This document shows positions 58,829-64,000 of a stretch of 64,000 nucleotides of DNA, piece after piece. Under the pieces are notes generated by a model that saw only the letters and a list, made by a program, of their open reading frames with translations, did not search any database and was not told the DNA's origin. The position numbers and the translations under genes were made by a program. The number at the start of each line of letters is the position of its first letter. The first letter of the stretch is position 1. This DNA comes from Candidatus Eiseniibacteriota bacterium (lineage in GTDB: Bacteria; Eisenbacteria; RBG-16-71-46), in NCBI GenBank assembly GCA_031370785.1, contig JANMQY010000092.1, positions 1 to 64,000 of the forward strand, given 5' to 3'.

Positions 58829-60904
58829 TCAGGCCCCGGCGGGCCTTGGCGAGGGGAAGGGTTCGATCGGCGCTGCGCCATCCGCACGTGACGTGGGCGG
58901 CGTCTCGGAGGCGTGCGCGGCCTCGCTGTGATCGTCCTCGGAGGTCCTCACTGGCGCGAGTGTCTCGCCCTTGAGCAGGCGGTTCATCTCGTCGCCGTCC
59001 AGCACCTCGCGCTCGAGCAGCGACCCGGCGATCAGGTGCAGCTTGTCGAGGTTGCTGCGCAGCAGTTCGAGCGCGCGATTGTAGGCGGACTCGATGATGG
59101 TCCGGACCTCTTCGTCGATCGCGACCGCGGTCTGCTCGCTGTAATTCTTCGAGCTCGAAATCTCCTTGCCGAGGAAGACCATCTCCTCCTTCTTGCCGAA
59201 GGTGAGAGGTCCGAGCCGGTCGCTCATGCCGAGCTCGCACACCATCCGCCGCGCCAGCTCGGTGGTGCGCTCGATGTCGTTCGAAGCCCCGGTGGTCAGA
59301 TGATTGAAGACCAGGAACTCCGCGGCACGGCCGCCCATCATTACCGCGAGCGTACGCATCAGATCCTCGCGTGAGCGCGAGTAGCGCTCCTCGGCGGGGA
59401 AGTACGAGGTCACCCCGAGGGCGCGTCCGCGCGGGATGATCGTGATCTTGTCGACCGGATCCGAGCCGGGCAGCAGCCACGCCATGAGTCCGTGTCCGGC
59501 CTCGTGATATGCCGTGCTCCTGCGCTCGGACTCGGTCATCACCAGGCTCTTGCGCTCCATTCCGAGCTGAACCTTGTCCTTGGCGTCCTCGAAATCCCGC
59601 AGCGAGACCTTCTTGTGATTGCGCCGGGCCGCGAGCAGCGCGGCCTCGTTCACCAGGTTGGCGATATCCGCGCCGGCCATGCCCGGCGTGGAACGGGCGA
59701 TCTGCTGCAGGTCCACATCGTCCGCCAGCGGAATGCGCCGGGTGTGCACCTTGAGAATGCCCTCGCGACCGCGAAGGTCCGGCCAGTCCACCACGATCTG
59801 CCGGTCGAAGCGCCCCGGGCGGGTGAGCGCCGGATCGAGCACGTCGGGCCGGTTGGTCGCCGCGATCATGATGACGCCTTCGTTCGAGTCGAATCCGTCC
59901 ATCTCGACCAGCAGCTGATTGAGCGTCTGCTCGCGCTCGTCATGCCCACCGCCGAGCCCGGCACCACGATGCCGTCCGACCGCATCGATCTCGTCGACGA
60001 ACAGGATGCACGGCGCATTGCGCTTGCCCTGCTCGAACAGATCGCGCACCCGGCTGGCTCCCACGCCGACAAACATCTCGACGAAGTCCGAGCCGCTCAT
60101 CGAGAAGAACGGCACGCCGGCTTCACCGGCGACCGCCTTGGCGAGCAGGGTCTTGCCTGAGCCGGGAGGGCCGAGCAGCAGCGCACCCTTGGGAATGCGT
60201 CCGCCGAGGCGCTGAAACTTCTGCGGCTCCTTCAGGAATTCGATGATCTCCTGCAGCTCCTGCTTGGCCTCGTCGCAGCCGGCGACGTCCTTGAACGTCA
60301 CCTTGGGCGAGGTCTCGAGCAGCACCTTCGCCTTGGTCTTGCCGAACTTGAGCGCCGCGCTGCCGCCGGACTGCATCTGGCGCATGATGAACATCCACGC
60401 CGCGAACAACAGCACCGCCGGGCCCCAGCCGAGCAGAAGCGAAAGCCAGTTCATGCCGGCGTTGCGCACTTCGACTTCGATTCCGGGATTGGTCTTCCAC
60501 ACCCGGTCGGGAAGGTCGGCGCCGTCGCCAACGATGTTCGCGCGGAACGATTTGTAGGGGATGTCGTGCCCGTTCACCCGGAGCGAGGACTCGTTCTTCA
60601 GATCGCCGGTGACGCTGCGTTCGATGATCTGAAGATTCGCGATGTTACCCTTCTCCACTTCCTGGATGAAACGGGTGTACGAGATTTCGAGGCGCTGAGG
60701 CGCCATGAAACTACCCTGATAGATCCGGACAGTGATGATCGCGAGCAGGATCACGAACGCCCAGAACGCCAGGGTGCGGAAAGGACGGCCGGGAGGCGCC
60801 GAGCCCGATCCGCGCCGCGAGCCACCGCGCGATGGTCCGCGGTGAACGTCACGATCACGGTCGTTGTCGGACCCAGAACCCGAGTCACGTCTCAGATAGT
60901 CCAC
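58829..60904 (-). CDS. ftsH: ATP-dependent zinc metalloprotease FtsH
   Basis: Two transmembrane segments, [29 protein letters not shown] 60904 with GAGGAGG RBS. Confidence 0.97.
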   Translation of the reverse strand: MDYLRRDSGSGSDNDRDRDVHRGPSRGGSRRGSGSAPPGRPFRTLAFWAFVILLAIITVRIYQGSFMAPQRLEISYTRFIQEVEKGNIANLQIIERSVTGDLKNESSLRVNGHDIPYKSFRANIVGDGADLPDRVWKTNPGIEVEVRNAGMNWLSLLLGWGPAVLLFAAWMFIMRQMQSGGSAALKFGKTKAKVLLETSPKVTFKDVAGCDEAKQELQEIIEFLKEPQKFQRLGGRIPKGALLLGPPGSGKTLLAKAVAGEAGVPFFSMSGSDFVEMFVGVGASRVRDLFEQGKRNAPCILFVDEIDAVGRHRGAGLGGGHDEREQTLNQLLVEMDGFDSNEGVIMIAATNRPDVLDPALTRPGRFDRQIVVDWPDLRGREGILKVHTRRIPLADDVDLQQIARSTPGMAGADIANLVNEAALLAARRNHKKVSLRDFEDAKDKVQLGMERKSLVMTESERRSTAYHEAGHGLMAWLLPGSDPVDKITIIPRGRALGVTSYFPAEERYSRSREDLMRTLAVMMGGRAAEFLVFNHLTTGASNDIERTTELARRMVCELGMSDRLGPLTFGKKEEMVFLGKEISSSKNYSEQTAVAIDEEVRTIIESAYNRALELLRSNLDKLHLIAGSLLEREVLDGDEMNRLLKGETLAPVRTSEDDHSEAAHASETPPTSRADGAAPIEPFPSPRPAGA

Positions 60905-60908
60905 TTGG

Positions 60909-61460
60909 TCAAGCCTCCTCAACCACGCCCACGTAGGGCAGATTGCGATATCGCTCGGCGGCATCCATCCCGTACCCGATCACGAATTCTGAGCCGATCT
61001 TCCAGCCCGCGTAGTCCACCGGGACCTGGAGCTTGCGGCAGGGTACTTTGTCGAGCAGGGTCGCCACTTTGATGCTGGCCGGCCCACGAGATTGCAGAAG
61101 ATTCAGGATAAACGAAACGCTAAGCCCTGAATCCACAACACCCTCACACAGGACCACGTCGCGTCCGGCGATGTCGGTCCGCAAGTCCATGATCAGCCTC
61201 ACCGTACCGCTCGAGATGGTGCCCTGTCCGTAGGACGCCACCGCGAGAAAATCCATCTCAAGATCCAGCGGGGTGGCGCGGGCCAGGTCGCACTGGAACA
61301 TGCACGCACCTTTGAGCACCCCCACGAACAGCGGCTTCTTTCCGGCATAGTCGCGGGCGATCTCGAGGCCCATCTCGCGCACGCGCGCGGCGATGCGCTC
61401 GGCGCTGTACATCACGCGAATCGCCGGCTCGGTCTGGATGGCGGGGGGATGTTCGGTCAT
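60909..61460 (-). CDS. hpt: Hypoxanthine phosphoribosyltransferase
   Basis: VLKG, DL.R, VVLCEGVVDSG, LLDK, FVIGYGMD, RNLP; tilS-hpt-ftsH synteny. Confidence 0.92.
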   Translation of the reverse strand: MTEHPPAIQTEPAIRVMYSAERIAARVREMGLEIARDYAGKKPLFVGVLKGACMFQCDLARATPLDLEMDFLAVASYGQGTISSGTVRLIMDLRTDIAGRDVVLCEGVVDSGLSVSFILNLLQSRGPASIKVATLLDKVPCRKLQVPVDYAGWKIGSEFVIGYGMDAAERYRNLPYVGVVEEA

Positions 61461-62674
61461 GGCGCTCCTGATGGACGCGGTCGGCTCTTCGCTTGGCGGC
61501 CCTGACAGGTGCGTGACAGCCCGAGGAGACTACCACCTTCGCGCTCCGGGCGCCTGAGCCGGTTCGCTTCCCGCGAGGAATTCCCGCCCGGGAACGCGGC
61601 TCGCTCCACGCGGGGCGATGCCACGCCGCGGGTTGCGGCGAATCGGAGCTCTCCGGCGTGGCGCTCGGCGCGCCAGCCATCGGGCAGCCCGACGCTCGCG
61701 CCCAGCGCCGGGCGCGCGACCAGCGCGAGCAGCGCCTCGAGATGGCGATGCGTGAGCCCGCCTGGCGAGGGGCCGAGCCGTGCCCACGCTTCGCGCAGCA
61801 CCAGACGCTGGATCGCGCGCGGCATGGCTGCCAGCGCCGCGGCATCCAGCGCGAGCGGAACGCGTGCGCCGCTCGTCGCCTGCACGGTGCGCATTGCGCG
61901 CCTTCCGACCCGCCGCGCCACGAACTCGAGCGCGGCCCGCGCCTCGCGCAGCTCGCGCGTCGCACGCGCCGCATGCGCGGCCAGCATCGCGCGAGGAATG
62001 CCGCCCGCGTCGACCAGCGCCGGCACCACGCGGTCGCGGATCCTGCTGCGAAGGTAGTGCGGGTCGTGATTCGAACGATCCTCGCGCCACGCGATTCCGA
62101 TAGCGACAAGGTCGGCTTCGATGTCCGCGCGGGTCGCCGCGAGCAGCGGCTTGATCCAGGCGACGGCGTCGACTGTGCCTCGCCGCCCCGCACTGCGCTC
62201 GCGCATGGCGCCAAGGCCGGTCAATCCCACGCCTCGCATCAGGCGCATGAGAAGGGTCTCGAGCTGGTCGTCGGCGGTGTGCGCGGTTGCGATCGCCGCC
62301 GCGCCGGTGCGGCGCGCGGCCGCAACCAGGAATTCGCGGCGCAGCGTGCGCAGTCCGGCGTGGCCGGAGAGGGAACGGCGCCTCATACGCAGGCGGGTGT
62401 TCCAGCGCGCCGCGATCAGCGGCACGCCCAGCGAGGCGCAGCGCCGTTCGACGGCCGCGAGATCGGCGTCGGCCTCGGCGCCCCGCAGGCCGTGGTGCAG
62501 GTGCGCGGCGTGCAGCGTCAGGCCGAATTCATGGCGCACCCGATCGAGCGCGACCAGCAGAGCGGTCGAGTCGGCGCCGCCACTCACTGCCACCAGCACC
62601 ACCCCGCCCTTGGCCACGGGGCACGGGCCGCGGAGCGCGCGGCGCACGAGCGGTTCGATCCGGCGTAGGCGCAT
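61457..62674 (-). CDS. tilS: tRNA(Ile)-lysidine synthetase
   Basis: AVSGGADS, HHGLR, AHTADDQLET, KPLL, EDRSN, R.RIR. Confidence 0.92.
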   Translation of the reverse strand: MRLRRIEPLVRRALRGPCPVAKGGVVLVAVSGGADSTALLVALDRVRHEFGLTLHAAHLHHGLRGAEADADLAAVERRCASLGVPLIAARWNTRLRMRRRSLSGHAGLRTLRREFLVAAARRTGAAAIATAHTADDQLETLLMRLMRGVGLTGLGAMRERSAGRRGTVDAVAWIKPLLAATRADIEADLVAIGIAWREDRSNHDPHYLRSRIRDRVVPALVDAGGIPRAMLAAHAARATRELREARAALEFVARRVGRRAMRTVQATSGARVPLALDAAALAAMPRAIQRLVLREAWARLGPSPGGLTHRHLEALLALVARPALGASVGLPDGWRAERHAGELRFAATRGVASPRVERAAFPGGNSSREANRLRRPEREGGSLLGLSRTCQGRQAKSRPRPSGAP

Positions 62675-62692
62675 GGGGTGACTAAGGGTGGA

Positions 62693-62768
62693 TGGTGGCG
62701 GCGCAGGGACTCGAACCCCGGACACAGAGATTATGATTCTCCTGCTCTACCAGCTGAGCTACGCCGCC
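62693..62768 (-). tRNA. tRNA-Met (CAT), elongator type, CCA encoded
   Basis: GGCGGCG TA GCTC AGCTGGTA GAGC A GGAGA ATCATAA TCTCT GTGTC CGGGG TTCGAGT CCCTG CGCCGCC ACCA; paired G1-C72. Confidence 0.93.
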
Positions 62769-62806
62769 TGATGCGTGTGCCGTCCAGAGAGGACGGCGGG
62801 CCAGAA

Positions 62807-62835
62807 AAGTTAGGGTCGCTGCGCTCTCCTGTCAA
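62807..62835 (-). promoter_or_regulatory. Sigma70 promoter of tRNA-tilS-hpt-ftsH
   Basis: TTGACA-N17-TAACTT. Confidence 0.7.
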
Positions 62836-62887
62836 GCAAGGGCGGCGCGCTTCGCGCTTGCGACGCGCGCAGCGCGCGAGCGCGTGA

Positions 62888-64000
62888 CTAGCGGCCCCGC
62901 GCGAGCAAGCGCCTGGTGATCTGGACCACATCGGCGAGCGAAGCGTCGGTGCGTAACGCTCCCTCGGGAATCCTCGCGAGCGCCTCTCGAGCGCCGTTCG
63001 CCTCTCCCGACAGCGCATCGATCAAAGCCTGGTGGCCGAGGACGGTGGGCTCAGGCAGACCCGCGCGGCGTGCACGCGCCAGCGTCGCGCGGGCGGCTTT
63101 CAGATTCTGGCGCTGGATCTGCGTGCGGATCAGCGCCGCCCATGCGGCGTGAAGGCTGGGATCGGCTTGGACCGCGAGCGCGAACAGGCTCTCGGCGGCG
63201 GCGATCTGGCCGGTGCGCGCGCTCTGCCACGCCCGGGCTTCGAGGGAACGGCCTTCGCCGCCGACCAGCGAGGAAAGTCTCGCTTCGAGCGCGGCGGCGG
63301 CCTCGGTCCTGCCCCGCGCGCGGTAGGCCGAGACCAGCGCCTGCACCGCGGCCGCGTTATCGGGCGCGATCTCGACCGCACGCTCGTACCACGGCAGCGC
63401 CTCCTCGTCGCGACCGGTGTCGTGAAGCGCGGTGGCGTAGTTCGAATAGAAGCTCGCGCGCTCCATTGCGGTCATCGGATCGTTTCCGAACCGGACCGCT
63501 TTGCGCTCCTCGAGCCTGACGGCGGTCTCGAATTCGCGAACCGCGAGATCGGGCCGTCCGCTCCGAAGCCAGCGCTTGCCGAGGTCCCACGCGACGCCCC
63601 ATTCGTACTTGGCGCGCGACAGCTGCGGCGCCGGCAGATTCACGACCAATCCACCTGCGATCAGCGCGGCCGCCAGAGCGAGCGCGAGACGGCGGTCGCG
63701 CGTGGCCAGGGCCGTGACGCCCTGCGCGATCGCGATGCCGGCCAGCAGGAAGGCCGCCGGCATGAGCTGGTGCCGATAGCGATCGGTCACGAAGAACGGC
63801 AGCGTGCCGAGGGAAAGCACGATGACGCTGCCCAGCGCGAACCGGCCCGCGGCGCCGAAGCGTGGCGCGTACCACGCGCCGGCGATCGCGAGCGCGCCGA
63901 TCAGGAGGAACTCGCCCGCGATCGGGATGCCGAGCGGCCCGCTCAGAGTCCGGAACTCGTCCGCGTTCTCGATCTGCGGATACTCGCGGCGATTCCACAG
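62888..64000 (-). CDS. GT-C/PMT-like membrane protein with C-terminal TPRs (5' end outside window)
   Basis: Frame open to 64000: LWNRREYPQIEN...PFFVTDRYR, then TPR-like YSNYATAL...EEAL.WYERAVEIAP. Confidence 0.75.
   Translation of the reverse strand: MWNRREYPQIENADEFRTLSGPLGIPIAGEFLLIGALAIAGAWYAPRFGAAGRFALGSVIVLSLGTLPFFVTDRYRHQLMPAAFLLAGIAIAQGVTALATRDRRLALALAAALIAGGLVVNLPAPQLSRAKYEWGVAWDLGKRWLRSGRPDLAVREFETAVRLEERKAVRFGNDPMTAMERASFYSNYATALHDTGRDEEALPWYERAVEIAPDNAAAVQALVSAYRARGRTEAAAALEARLSSLVGGEGRSLEARAWQSARTGQIAAAESLFALAVQADPSLHAAWAALIRTQIQRQNLKAARATLARARRAGLPEPTVLGHQALIDALSGEANGAREALARIPEGALRTDASLADVVQITRRLLARGR

Noticed and set aside
62693..62768. tRNA-Ile2 or initiator tRNA-fMet
   Set aside because: G1-C72 is paired and there are no three consecutive G-C pairs in the anticodon stem (not initiator); the acceptor stem fits elongator Met
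1..64000. CRISPR array, prophage, IS or integrase
   Set aside because: No regularly spaced repeats and no transposase, integrase or phage genes recognised; no duplicated tRNA 3' end noticed

Overview
High-GC bacterial chromosomal window from a diderm organism (FadL, TonB domain, lipoproteins). The gene content (futalosine menaquinone pathway, several secreted proteins ending in a FlgD/T9SS-type-A-like C-terminal domain) suggests, by inference only, an FCB-related lineage such as Ca. Eisenbacteria. It is mostly housekeeping: mqnA/C/D/E scattered over 24 kb, recQ, glgB, hflX, trxA, nnr, an mrfAB-like repair pair, a fatty-acid uptake and beta-oxidation locus, and tRNA-Met-tilS-hpt-ftsH. I saw no mobile elements or CRISPR arrays. 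Most notable: (1) a signal-peptide-bearing RMDN/PTPIP51-like TPR protein inside a lipase-FadL-FadD-thiolase-FadJ locus, a candidate periplasmic lipid shuttle; (2) two ORF-free units with promoter and terminator that look like sRNA genes, one sigma54-type with enhancer boxes and one ECF-type; (3) four genes apparently collapsed by internal deletion or truncation; (4) a tandem pair of unknown exported CxxCP paralogs; (5) a double zinc-ribbon/cold-shock fusion. All family calls come from motif recognition by eye; no database searches were run.
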